64,000 bases of DNA, taken from Epiperipatus broadwayi (lineage: Eukaryota > Animalia > Onychophora). The notes below the pieces were generated by a model. That model saw only the letters and a program-made list of their open reading frames with translations. It made no database searches and was not told the DNA's origin. How positions within the stretch are numbered: the stretch's first letter is position 1; each line of letters begins with the position of its first letter. Position numbers and translations under genes: made by a program. The stretch lies in assembly GCA_028023455.1 (NCBI GenBank), contig JAQFVV010000007.1:1922001-1986000 (forward strand), given 5' to 3'. This document shows, piece after piece, positions 42,251 through 54,835 of this stretch.

Positions 42251-44869
42251 GTCAAGCAAATCTCTGCACATTATGCGCATATGTATTCTATAAAATACTA
42301 TCTGTGAAATTGAAATAAATAATTAGAGAAATGAGTAAAAGTTAAAAATTTTGTAATCAGCATAAAAATGCAATGTCATATAAATTGATTAATAAATATT
42401 TAAACTGCCATGCATGTGTGTATGTGCATATATATTGAAATCTCTACAATCTACATCTATATCACTTTATACACATATAAATGCCCAGGTGCCAATTCTA
42501 TAGAAGATAGAATACAATTTATAATTTAAGTTGCATCTCTAATTATAAATAAGACTCTTATTATAGTATTAATCTACAGCTTAGCTCAGTTGGGGATCAT
42601 AGGATCTCGTGGTCATCTAGAATGCAAATGGGATGAGAAAAGCATTTATAAACAATAATTATATAATATTTATTTAGTTATATTATAGGTACTTACTTAA
42701 GTTATCAAAAGAAAGCAATTTGTGGATTAAATCAAGAATCATGTGAAGCAATCACTCTGTAGTCAGAGTGAGCTTCATGTTTTCCTTAGTGAGCTTCATG
42801 CTTTCCTTCCTAAAAACTAACCATTTACAAGGGTTCAAACCCAGCAATTATATTTAATGTACTAACCTTGCCATTACCTACTATGTGGCAATGTATATAT
42901 GTATATTTTAAAATATGCTAAAACTTTACTCTGTAATAAATATTTTATAATTTTGATTTTGATATTTTCATACTTTTGAATATTTTAAGCTTGTTTGTTG
43001 CTTTTTTTAATTTTAAAAGAGAATTTGTTAATCACGTAAAGTTTTGTCATTTTTATAAAAATTATTTGCATTTAATTTCACATTTAAAAAATTTAAAAGA
43101 GGATATAACCAAGATGGCAGGTTCAAATTAACCTATTGTGAAGTTTTCTTCACTAATTAAATGCTTGATTTTCATTAATCAAAATATAGTCTTATCATAG
43201 TTTTACTTTTATAATTTAAAGACTTTAATTAAAAGTTTTGCTAATGAATGTGATTTGAACCTTATCTTATATCTTACTTTTAATTAAAATAGACTGTAAT
43301 CTGCTCAGGAATTTATTAATTGTCTCATCTGCCTCTGGGCAAATGAGCCAAAGCATTCCTGTAATAGCTTAGGTGGTATAAATAGTATAGATTGGAGATA
43401 AGAGACAGTCAGGTTTAGATTTTTAGTTTGAGTCTGAGTCTTACAGTCTGACAGTATTTGTTTTGTGCTTAGTTTTTAGAATGTTTACTGAGTAGGTCAC
43501 CAAACTATCTTTCTCTGGGCCTCTTGGAGCTGCCTCTAGTATGCTACCGCAAAACTCCTGCCATGGAAGAAGGCTGCCACTAATGAAGAAGCAGTAGAGA
43601 CTGAGATTGCTGGCCACCAAGCTAATCCCTGTAAATTAAAGCTCAAACAATGAACCACCTAACCATTATCACATTGCCGAGGTAACAGTTCCATGCTTAT
43701 CTATATCTGTGATAATTAATATTTTTTTTGTTATATATTTGTACCTAATCTCTGTTTGAAAGTCTCTCTATAATCCTATACTTTATATATATGTAAATGC
43801 TTACATCTACTTAAGTTAAAATCTTACATTTTATTTAGTACAGAAAATTTTATTATCATAATTATTTGCTTTTTATTTTTATATGTCATTTATATGCCAA
43901 ATCAACTCGACTCTGCCAGCCTCTATTTTAGAATAGTCTTTTAAATTCCTCCCGTGCTTCTGGGATATTTTAATTACGTTAAATTATTTGTTTTAAAGCC
44001 ATGGCTTGCTGTGTTGAGAAATAGATAAATAATATTTTTGTTTATAGGCAGATTATTTTTTTAACTGCCTTGAGTGTATTTTTATTGATTATAAACTTAA
44101 TGTGATCCAAGAACGCTATTGCTTAAATTCCAGATAAGATATTTTTGAATAATAATGACCGTTTATTTTTATTTTGTAATAATCATTTATATGTAGCATT
44201 TTTTAGCATTATAGTATTCAATAATGCTTATTGATTCCAAATGCATGTGGAACCTGTTTAATGAATGGAAACTTAATGGTATGTCATAAGGCATTCATTT
44301 AGTTTAAGATGTCAGCTATATAATTTGGTTTAGTATACAAGTCATGCCGTTATGCCCGATTTAAATTTTATATTTTCCATTAATTATTTTGATGTCATTA
44401 AAGGTCACAATCTAGTTTCATAGCATTGCCAGCATGGATCAGCTATCGTCATCATTTGCTTTGTCATAACTTGAGGATGATCGGGAACCCTGAATCCTCC
44501 ACCTTCACTTATATACGTTTTAGCTGGCATAGGAAGTGCACTAGGACATCTTTGGAAAGAGTAGCAGTAGCTCTACATTGATACCCTACATGGACAATTG
44601 CATCTCTATCTTCCTTTTTCTCTCCAGGTACAACCCGTCAGAAGAACGGGCATACCATTTCTTATTCCCACTTAAACGATGAAGCATCTACTTGGCCAAA
44701 ATAGACCGAATCTTATATTTTGCTGCCTATTCTTGCACCACCATTCATTATAGTATTTTAGAATCATGCCTAAAACTAATCTATAAGCCATAACACTGTG
44801 ATACAATTAAACCATTTTGTTATTTTATTAATATATTTATATTTAGTATGTCACGAAAAGCTTATATTA

Positions 44870-47800
44870 ATGTGATGTGATGTATTTGGCTTCTCCTTAA
44901 ATGAAGTCAAGAATATCTCAGAAATTATGCCCAGCTAAACCTGTTAGCCATTTTATTGTCTATTCTCCACTTTTAAGTCTTCCCATATTCTGCCCCATCC
45001 CATTTCACAACATAATCTTTGTCAACTCTATGGCCTTTATATCTAAATCCCCCTTATCTTTTCATAAACCCAACATAAAAACTAATAACTCACTTTCTGT
45101 ATAGTCACTTTGTTCATGTCTATTCTCCCATAACTTCATTATCTGTACCCTTTCTGCTTTCAAGCATTTACATTCAATCAACAGATGCCTAATATTTTTT
45201 ATACCTTCCTTACACAATTTGCACACTAAATTATCCATAGTTTTCCATTTACTTGTATATTCTCTTGTTGCTAAAGATCCCATTTGAGCCTTAAATAATA
45301 AACTACTTTCCTTACTATTATCATAAATTAACGCGCATCCAATATTCTGTTTACTTCTATATATATTTAAACTCTTCTTACCCTCCATATTAGTTCTCCA
45401 TCTCTCCAACTCCCTATTTTTTATTAATGCTTCTATTCTTTTATCCCATTCCTTACCACTATAACACTCAACAATCCTCCTAACATAATCATCCCACCTT
45501 TTATACAAGTATACTGATATAAATTCTTTATCCAAATCTTTCGCACACCACATTACCTTTCTCACCCATCTTGTTACTTGCCCTTTACTCATAACCCAAT
45601 TGAACACTATTTTGGCTATTCTTTTACTATCCATAAACTGCAATCTACCAAACATTTTCATTTTATTTTTTGCATCTCTCATATAAAAACTTGACCATCC
45701 CATTGCTCCTTAAATTGCCTCCTTTGCTGTCCACATCTCTGCATCTAATGCATGTCTTCCTACTTCCCTTTGTACTTTCTCTAAATAATTTAAAACCCTT
45801 TTACTAACACATAATGCATCATTACCATATGTTAACCCTGTTACTGCAACTCCCTTCCATACTATTCTAGCTGCATCATATTTATTATATGAAAATACTG
45901 TTAGTTTATTTACCAAACCCTTTCTTTTCTTTGCTTCATTTACCAATTTTTTCTCCCATTCATCCAAGACATTTTCCTGATTACATAAGATGATTCCCAA
46001 ATACCTATATCTATCCACCACACTTAACTTTATATCCCCCAATAAAAATTCTACATCTTCTCTTTCCCCAGTATTAACCATCATTATATTTGATTTTTCT
46101 TCACTAAATTTAGTCCCCATCTCTTTACCCATCCTTGCACATGTCCTCAACATAATTTCCATATCTTCTCTTCTTTCAGTACACAAAAAGATATCATCTG
46201 CAAAAAAATACCCAACAAAATATATACACCCTTGCCACCTATTAATGGTATCTCTACCCCTCTTCCTAGTTTTTCTATTGCTTTCTCCATTTCACTCAAA
46301 AACAACAAAAACAAAATAGGTGACATAGGGTATCCTTGCCTTAATCCCACCCCATTTTTAACTTTAATTGACTCTACATCCCCTAACTGGTAAGTATAAT
46401 AATTATTTTCATATAATTTCTTAATAATATTTACTAAAGCTTCATCCATTCCCAAATTGGCTAACCTTACCCATAATCTATTTCTATTTACTCTATCATA
46501 TGCTTTCTCTATATCTATAAAACTCATATATATAATGATCTACCTGAATTCCTACTCATCTCCATAAGTTGTGTAACTACAAACAAACTAGTTCCTATAT
46601 GCCTATCTGACCTAAAACCTCCTTGCATTTCCCCCACTACATTATTCTCTTCCATTCATTTTACAACTCTTCCAGCTATCATATATAAAAAAACTTTTAT
46701 ATAAAACTGATGTTACCACTATCGGTCTATAATTATTTAATTTTCTATGATCCTTACCCTTTCCTTTAAATAATAATCTTATTCTTGTATTACTTCAACT
46801 AACCGGAAAAACTGTCTTCTGTGCCATCTTATTAAAACATGATAATAACTTTGCTTTTGCTCTATGCCCTAAATTCATTACCATCTCTGCTGCCCATCCA
46901 TCTAAATCTCTCACCTTTCCACTTTTCAATCTCTTCCCTGCCTCATTCAATTCATTTTAGTGAACTTATCGCATTACTAACTGCTTTCATTTTTTCTATC
47001 ATTACTTCCTTCACATCTAACATCTTTTCGATATCCATTACATATCTATTTAAGATTCTCTCTACCTCTTCTCTAGAGCTACACTCTATTCCCTCATCAT
47101 CTATTAATACTATCTCTTTTTCCCCTACATTTCTCCTTTTAATGTTATTCCAAAATTTTTTACTCCCATCTCTTCCACTTTTATTAATATCCTCCAACAA
47201 TTTACTATTTAACTTCATCCTCTCTTTATAATTATCCATTTTAGCCAACTTCTTCTTTTCTAATTATTTTCCCCATTTAGCATTAATATCATTTTCACTT
47301 TCTTTGTTCTTAATAGCACACTTATATTCTCTGCATGCTTCTTTCCTCTCTTTTATACTTTTACTAACTCTCATTTTTTATTACTTTTATTCTTCTGTAT
47401 ATTCTCAACTAAAATCATATTTGCCACTTTTTTTATTTCACCACACCAGTCCTTATACTCATCCCCATCCAACTGCTCCATGGTTTTTTCAACTTTTATT
47501 TTATATTCTTTCAACTTATTCTTATCATTCACTCTCCATCCACATCTTTCACTATTATTTCTACCTTTATTTCTATCCTCCATCACATTACTAACCATTT
47601 CTATTACAATAAAATTATGATCACTATTACATACTCTCTCTTCATTATCAAACATCTTAATTTTCTGTATTTTATTCATTCCCTCTTTCTCTACCAATAC
47701 ATAATCTATTGTGTGAAATACATTATTCCTAGACCATGTGTATACATATTTGATAAATTCCCAATGCTCAAATTTACTCTTTGACAAAATTCCTTCAAAA

Positions 47801-49160
47801 ACTGACCATTCTTATTATCTACACCAGTGTTCTTCAACCCTTGGTCCGTGTGCTAGACGGGCAGTAAAAAGTTTGTAATAATAAATAATAAGAGTTTGAA
47901 CTTTTAATTAATATAGCCAATTTTTATTTATTTTTTCATCTCATTTTTACCCAATTAAAAAAAAAAAGAAAACAGAACTGAAAACAAATTCTAATCAATC
48001 ATTCATAAATTAATTTGTTTTTCTAGTTATCACAGATGTTTATGGGGGGGGGGGGGTAGAATTAAATTTTTTATTAATTTTCTAAAAAAAATTTTAAAAA
48101 AGTTTTTTATTATATAAACTCCATATATATATATAAAACTTTATCTTATATATTTAACATTGTTGTTTTAATCAGTTATAACATTTATGCTTATCTTTAA
48201 GAAAATTTATCTATAGACTTCTGCCGATCTGCGAAATCTTATCCTTATTTTTGCTGGTCCGCGGAACCTTATTCTTATTTTTACTTGTCTGCAGGTGTGA
48301 AAAGGTTGAAGACCACTGATCTACATCATCAATTTCTTCAATATGTCCATTCATATCCCCTATAACCATTATTCTCTTCCCCTTTTCTTTAAAAATTTGT
48401 ATATCCTTAACAAGGCATTCATATATACTACTGTTCCACTGCATTACAGTTTGACTATCTTCAGTAGCTATATACACTACAGCCACCATCCATTCTTGTC
48501 TACCCAACCTTATTTCAAACCACAAATGCTCTTGACATTTAACAATATTTAAATATTTCCTCGATATAATACCTATACCACCACCCCTTTTTTCTTTTTT
48601 GTTTACACCCTGCCATACCACCTCTTCCAAAGTACGTTCTTCTTTTTCTCTTAGGTGAGTTTCCACTACTGCTAATACCTCCAGCTCTTCATTTTCAATT
48701 GCTTTATTTAATTCCAGCCACTTTTCTGGTCTCCTACCACCTTGCATATTCAAAATCCCAATTTTAACAATTTTTTCTTTCCTAACTATTCTTTTATAAA
48801 TTCTTTTGATTCTTTCTTCTCCATTACGTTTATAACAAACTTTCTTACCATTAATCTTACAAAACCATTCCCTCTCCACATCTACACTTATATCTAAATC
48901 AACCATCTTTTGCTTATTTTTTATACCCCTTCCATTCGTCTTGTTTTTGATAATATTACAATTTAAAAGCCCACCCCCCCTTTAAAAGTTTCCCCGAATT
49001 ATATTCTTTAAAGATCAAACTCCCTAAAACTTCACTTCCTTGTTTTCCTAAGTGCAATTCATCTTTACTATATTAACTCCCTCTTTCCAATAAACCAATC
49101 CCATACATCCACAAACACAACATTATTTTTCTTCCCTTAGACAAGCGACTCCCACATGCG
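44870..49160 (-). mobile_element. Decayed RTE-X-like LINE (ORF1 esterase remnant; ORF2 APE endonuclease, RT, CCHC finger)
   Basis: ORF fragments 48211-48906 (ILNMQG, VVETHL, VIGDMNGH) and 47371-47787 (IDYVL, SDH) give the APE domain. Fragments 46147-46527 (FIDIEKAYD, GLRQGYPMSP), 45710-46186 and 45062-45703 (CKLC..HLLIEC) give RT and the C terminus. An SGNH-like FVDVWDWF...DELHLGKQG lies at about 49030-49120. Confidence 0.88.
47825..48318. mobile_element. Non-autonomous hAT (Charlie/Buster-type) MITE nested in LINE endonuclease
   Basis: TIRs CAGTGTTCTTCAACC and GGTTGAAGACCACTG; 8-bp TSD ATCTACAC (47817-47824) and ATCTACAT (48319-48326) with central TA. Confidence 0.9.
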
Positions 49161-49176
49161 AAAATGAATTATTCTT

Positions 49177-49688
49177 ATTTTATTTTAATTCAAGAATTAA
49201 AATATAATGTTTGTTATATTGAATACGAAAATATTCGCGTATTCAAAATCATTGTTTATAACTTTGTTGTTTGATAATTAATAAATATAACGGATATCAG
49301 AGACCAAATTACCTGGCATCGCAGTTATATATGTGTATATTTCTTCTTGTGATCGAAGTGGCACCGATCATAGTTTGTTAAATGCATTGTTAATTTATTC
49401 AAACACTAAAGTGTCTCTCTCATGAAATCTCATTTTATTTTAATTCAAGAATTAAAATATAATGTTTGTTCTATTGAATACGAAAATATTCGCGTATTCA
49501 AAATCATTGTTTATAATTTTGTTGTTTAATAATTAATAAATATAACGGATATCAGAGACCAATTTACCTGGCATCGCAGTTATATGTGTGTATATTTCTT
49601 CTTGTGATCGAAATGGCATCAATCATAGTTTGTTAAATGCATTATGTTAATTTATTCAAACACTAAAGTATCTCTCTCTCGTGAATTC
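49177..49688. repeat. 255-bp tandem duplication
   Basis: ATTTTATTTTAATTCAAG starts at 49177 and 49432; the two copies are colinear with scattered substitutions. Confidence 0.92.
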
Positions 49689-49899
49689 TTTTGTTTAGGT
49701 CATTATTTAACCAAAATAGCGTTTCTCTTTATAAACCCATTTTATATTTTTTCCTTTTAAACATTGGCATATAAATAAACCACACTATATATGTATAAGC
49801 GTGACATTCCATAATAACTACAGATGTATAAGCATAATCAAAATATTCTAGCGTAAACTATATAAATAAAATACGTTAGAATAAAATGTTTTTTTTATA

Positions 49900-52260
49900 A
49901 TATTGAATTAAAGTATTTTTTAATCCTATCCAGAGTTCGAATCTTTATTTGGTTAGTTTTTAAATATAAAAAGATTTTATATAATTATGTATTATTATAA
50001 TTCATATATCTTATTTGGGGATTCATCCTCAACAACCCTAGTTCGAGTCTCATGTCTCTGTACCGCTGTATAACGTCCGGTACACATGATATGTTCAATT
50101 CTCCCACCATCCAAGTACATACTAGACCAATCACGCCACTCATCTAATATGTTTGGGGATAATTGCAACAATAATTAATCTACAGACATTTGATTTAGAT
50201 TGCACAACCATACCAATGTTTATTTAAATGATGAAATAATCTCAGGGTTCTATTATATGAATAATAAGTCAAACCTATTTTAAGATGATTACTAAGTAAT
50301 GGGGACTATTGTGAAACTGACAATTATTATAATAAAATAAAGGGTGGACTATGATAGATATCGGGTGCATTTTTATCTCACATCACCATCTATTTTAAAC
50401 AAAGTAAAATCTATATCTTGGTGTTATACAATATTTGGGTCAATTAATTCAGTATTATTTCAATTAATGGCATATACTATTAAACTGATAAGTAATACAA
50501 TTTTTAAATAAGGTATAATCTATGTCTTAATATTATACAATGTTTGGATCAATTAATTCAGTATTATTTAAATAAATGGCATATACTATTAAACTGAAAA
50601 GTATTACAATTATATTATGTTGAGCATATGTGTGTGTAGAAATAGTCAATAAGAACGTACACGGTAAAATAATTGAGAGGGAATCTTACTTCAACAAACA
50701 TTTATTACAAGACTTTCTTTTACAAATATATCGATGATGATTTAACATTAATTTCACATTAACTACAAACTTGACTAAATAACATTTAAATTACATAAAT
50801 CCTATACACTTAATATTTGGAGGCTTTTCCTCTTATTTGTTATTTCAATAATATTTATAAGTCTATTTATTAAATTATTAGCAATATAAAATATTTATAT
50901 ATTCACGTACCAATGTTTATATCATCTATTCTCATTCTGTGCTCTCAACGAACTAAGAAAACGGTATCAAATAATCAACTAATGCAATTGAAATTATTTC
51001 CGTATGCCTATAAATTTATACTTACTATATGAAATTAAATAATAATTTTATTAAAATTAGCATTAAATAAAGTAAAATTTCGTAATCCAATATTATTTTC
51101 ATACCGGGAGGGTGAATTGTTAGCAATAATAAATGAAATAATGATAATGTGAGTGATATGATTTGACAAGCTACTTAGAACTTACAATTCCAGCGATGGT
51201 CTCCCTCCATATCTCTAAGTTTATTATATCTCTGAAAGTGTGTGCATTTATAAATTTACAATCATAACGCATATATTGATTACATTTCTATCGGTTTACT
51301 TGCGGAATGAATAAACTTCACAATACAGATGGCACAATGAGCCAATCATTAATTATAAGTCCGACTTCAAGTATATTACAGAAATCACTAAAACCTTTAT
51401 CTGAAATAACTAACATATACTACATAATGATAAATACGTGGCATGAAGAGGGAAAGCAAAATAATATCAAATAAATATTTATATACGTGCACAAGACTCC
51501 AAACCTCAACTTAATTCATCAACATAGTAACTATCAATTTTTCTGATACAAATGGTGCGGAACCCAGCTGACTTATCATGAATAAATAGAACATCTACCA
51601 CTTTACTTTAAGGAATATAATCATCACATCATATACTATCAAATAAGGAAATATACTACCACCCACAGCTCAATAGATAAATAAGTAAAATGAGCGTTAC
51701 TCAATCCGAATAGCATGATCATCCTTTCAATCACCTCTCCACTTAAAAGGCATCTAACGCATTTCCTGTAGGAAACATCCATAACAGACAAACTCTTAAA
51801 TTTTCACAATCTTCAGGGCATAGCACCAGCCGCAACTGATAGGAAACAAATAAGCATAAATTTAACTCTTATAAAATAGCTTCTGATAGTGAACACCCAC
51901 GCGAATATATGATCATGTATAAAATATTTTCGAAATCATATCAGACAATAAAATGTTATATTAGCATTAATTAAATTATAAATGAATCTAATATCTATGA
52001 AAAATTATGAACATCGAATTTCAAATTAGCGTAAATACTATCAAGTAAGCCTGACCATTCAGCAATACTGGCATAAATATTTTCATGTATCTATTTATTA
52101 TTACCAACTAATAAATAATGATAAAGCATGCAAATTTGCACCAATAATATGAGCACGGGAATATATAATATTTTTACATAATACAACAAAAGAAAAAATT
52201 ACCAGTTTGCCATAACTTATACCAAAGTCTTCGAGACGTTCTAGAGGAGATAGGCGTATA
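49900..52260 (+). mobile_element. Highly decayed Penelope-like element (cryptic copy c)
   Basis: Ordered RT motifs: VSCLCTAV..SILPPSKYILDQS, LQTFDLDCTTIP (50180-50215), DNYYNKIKGGL**ISGAFLSHI (about 50318-50385) and FFYKYIDDDL (50715-50744, same frame as the previous motif). A long frame with few stops continues at about 51170-52000. An internal duplication sits at about 50427-50610. Confidence 0.6.
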
Positions 52261-52265
52261 AATAC

Positions 52266-52299
52266 GTAATAATAATAATAGTAATAATAATAATAATAA
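52266..52299. repeat. (TAA)n microsatellite at the 5' flank of the PLE
   Basis: About 11 TAA units with one TAG. Confidence 0.9.
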
Positions 52300-53216
52300 A
52301 AAAAATAAAAAATTATTTTCTTAAAAAGATGTAGACAATTCCATGTATTTCCTAGATTTTGCAGCTTCAATCTTAACGGAGCAGTGTACAACTACAACAA
52401 CATTCACTGGCAAATGAGAAAACATCTTTTAGATCTCGTTATCAGAGGTTGCCAGAAGGCGTTGAAGAAACAAAGCAAGAGGAGCCACAGAATTGTGGCA
52501 CATTTTCCTAAAAACCCAATCATCACCTATCATTGCACAAAGTTAGAGAGGAAGTTGGCATTCAAATACAATAGGAAGTTTGTATTTCTAGCGCACAAGC
52601 AAGGAATAACCATCCCTGATGACAATAAGCAGACATTCATGAATCTAACACAAACAATACCCCATAGTGAAGTAAAAGATGTGCTAGCAAAAGGCCCAGA
52701 TTCGTCAGAGGGACATGGAAAAAACCGGATATGGAATTAATAGTGGACATAGAAGCTGGACTTAACCAAGAACCTCAAAAAGACGAATATATAGTACAAA
52801 TCAACACAGCAATGAGACACGCACCATTAAATCAAACAGGAAACAGTGGGATATAAAAGTAAAAACAACCAAGCAATTCTTTGAGTCAGAAAGAATCACA
52901 TGCATGCGTGAAGGCAAGGGAAACAGATTTGTGTTGATGCACACACAGGAATACATAGACAAGATTAACATACAGATTAATAAATTACAGTTTCATAAAA
53001 TTGATCAGTTCAGCATTGCTAACAATAGAGATAAATTCATTTCATCCATCCTTAAAAACATTGCAATAAAGCCTTCACAAAGTCAGAATATTACAGTCTA
53101 TACCCATCGTCATCAGTGCCACCCAGGGTTTTTGGAAGTGCCAAAATGCATAAAGACAACACACCAGTCCAATTAATGCTAGACTTCAGTGGAATACATT
53201 ATGCAAAGATAGCCAA

Positions 53217-54512
53217 GTGGGTGAACAAAAAACTCATCCAAATGTTGGGCTTTGGAACATACACTATCAATTCATCTGCACAGTTTGTGTCCTCCATCAA
53301 GATTTACAACTAAACCCAAACATCAAATTGGCCACTATGGATGTTTCTGAATTATATAGCTCTGTCAATAGAAACAAGTCGATCCAAATTGTCAGAGATG
53401 AACTTTTGACACAAACTCAAGTAGATTTCATTCATGACTTTCTATGTTGGTTGGACAGCAACATTGTGGCATTTTTCAAAAACCAGTGGTTTTCCATGAA
53501 ACAAGGCTGGCCTATGGGTTTACCACTGAGTGGTGTAATTACCAGCATCTTCCTGAACTATTATCAGAGAAAAATCATACGTAATCTAAACCCATCATGC
53601 TTTTTAGTATATACTAGATATGTGGTTGACCTATTCATTGCTGCCACCTCTAAAATCATCACACAGATCAAGGTTGAATTGGAAACCAGCACAGCACTAG
53701 TTGTGAATGTCACAACTGAAGACACTCACCAACAAGTTAAATATCTTGATGTCAAAATACAAAGAGAAAACAACCACTGCCATTATAGTATGGCCATCAA
53801 ACCATTGGAGATCAGCCATACACACCCCCAATCTAACACACCAATAGGACATAAATTATCCGGCCTAGCATCTTTTTTGCATAGAAACAGGTTGTTGTGT
53901 AAAATTGAGGCAGATGCAAAAGCAAATGTAATAGAATACAGAGATGACCTATTGAATTTAAGGTTCAGGCAATCCATTGTTGACAAAAAAAATTTATATA
54001 TACAGAATAAACATCTTAACTTTCATATCACACAGGATAAACCCATATTATTGCTTCCATATATATCCAATTTACACAAGAAATTGCATTCCATCCTTAA
54101 CAACAAATATCAGCTTTGTTTTCGAACCCCTCCAAATTCTAACAATTTAATTAATAACACTAAAGACCAAACTCCACTTTTACAGACCTCCCATACAGTA
54201 TATAATATTGCATGTTCCAACAATGATTGTAAAGGCACGTATTATGGGGAAAGCAGAGCATCTTTGGCCACACGATTAGCACAACATAAATATTCATATA
54301 ATAGAGCTCGCAACGATCCTTCTACCTGTTCAGTTTTCTATCAACACCAGAGCACAAGTCACCACGAGTGCATTCCAGACAATCCCACAATTGTGTGTAG
54401 AGAGAGACATGACCTTAAAAGAAAAATCAAAGAGGCTTTATTCATCTCACGAGATAACGATCCCATAAATAGGAAGGACATGTGCTATGCTTTATCAAAA
54501 AAATGGAATTAG
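53217..54512 (+). pseudogene. PLE reverse transcriptase + GIY-YIG endonuclease (catalytic YVDD altered to YVVD)
   Basis: Longest ORF in the window (431 aa): ATMDVSELY, KQGWPMGLPLSG, YTRYVVD, VKYLDV, LLLPYIS, VYNIACSNNDCKGTYYGESRASLATRLAQH, KIKEALFI. Confidence 0.92.
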
Positions 54513-54541
54513 CATATTTGCATATCATTAAATGTATTAGC

Positions 54542-54585
54542 AAGCTATGATTATGAAGGCAAGATCCTTTGAAAGCACTCAGCTA
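54542..54585 (+). ncRNA. Minimal type I hammerhead-like ribozyme, A3-U8 core variant
   Basis: AAGCT-ATGATTA-T-GAAGG-caagat-CCTTT-GAAA-GCAC-TC-AGCTA. Stems I and II pair, GAAA and the NUH site (CUC) are present, and it lies about 30 nt after the PLE stop codon. Confidence 0.7.
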
Positions 54586-54660
54586 GTTTATTATTTTTAG
54601 TTAGCTATTTTGTATTAATAGCTTTTGGGAACAGTTGCGCCGCGCACACACTCATGCTTA

Positions 54661-54738
<78 letters not shown>

Positions 54739-54742
54739 GATG

Positions 54743-54835
<93 letters not shown>
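54661..54835. repeat. (AAT)n microsatellite with GAT interruptions at the PLE 3' flank
   Basis: About 58 units, with GAT variants at about 54721-54745. Confidence 0.97.

Larger units (their letters stand above)
52320..54660 (+). mobile_element. Penelope-like element (Penelope/Poseidon-type architecture), frameshifted
   Basis: ORF fragments 52384-52740, 52904-53176, 53116-53313 (FGSAKMHK..PVQLML) and 53217-54512, followed by a hammerhead-like motif in the 3' UTR. Confidence 0.92.

Noticed and set aside
42578-42845. tRNA A-box-like TAGCTCAGTTGG (about 42582) and B-box-like GGGTTCAAACCC (about 42831)
   Set aside because: About 250 bp apart with no cloverleaf or TSD; not enough to call a tRNA or SINE.
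43295-43687. Possible solo LTR (TGTA...AACA with TATA-like and poly-A-like signals)
   Set aside because: No target-site duplication and no second copy in the window.
50002-50030. YILFGDS resembling a GDSL esterase motif
   Set aside because: On the opposite strand to the esterase-bearing LINE and located where the PLE LYGLPK motif is expected.
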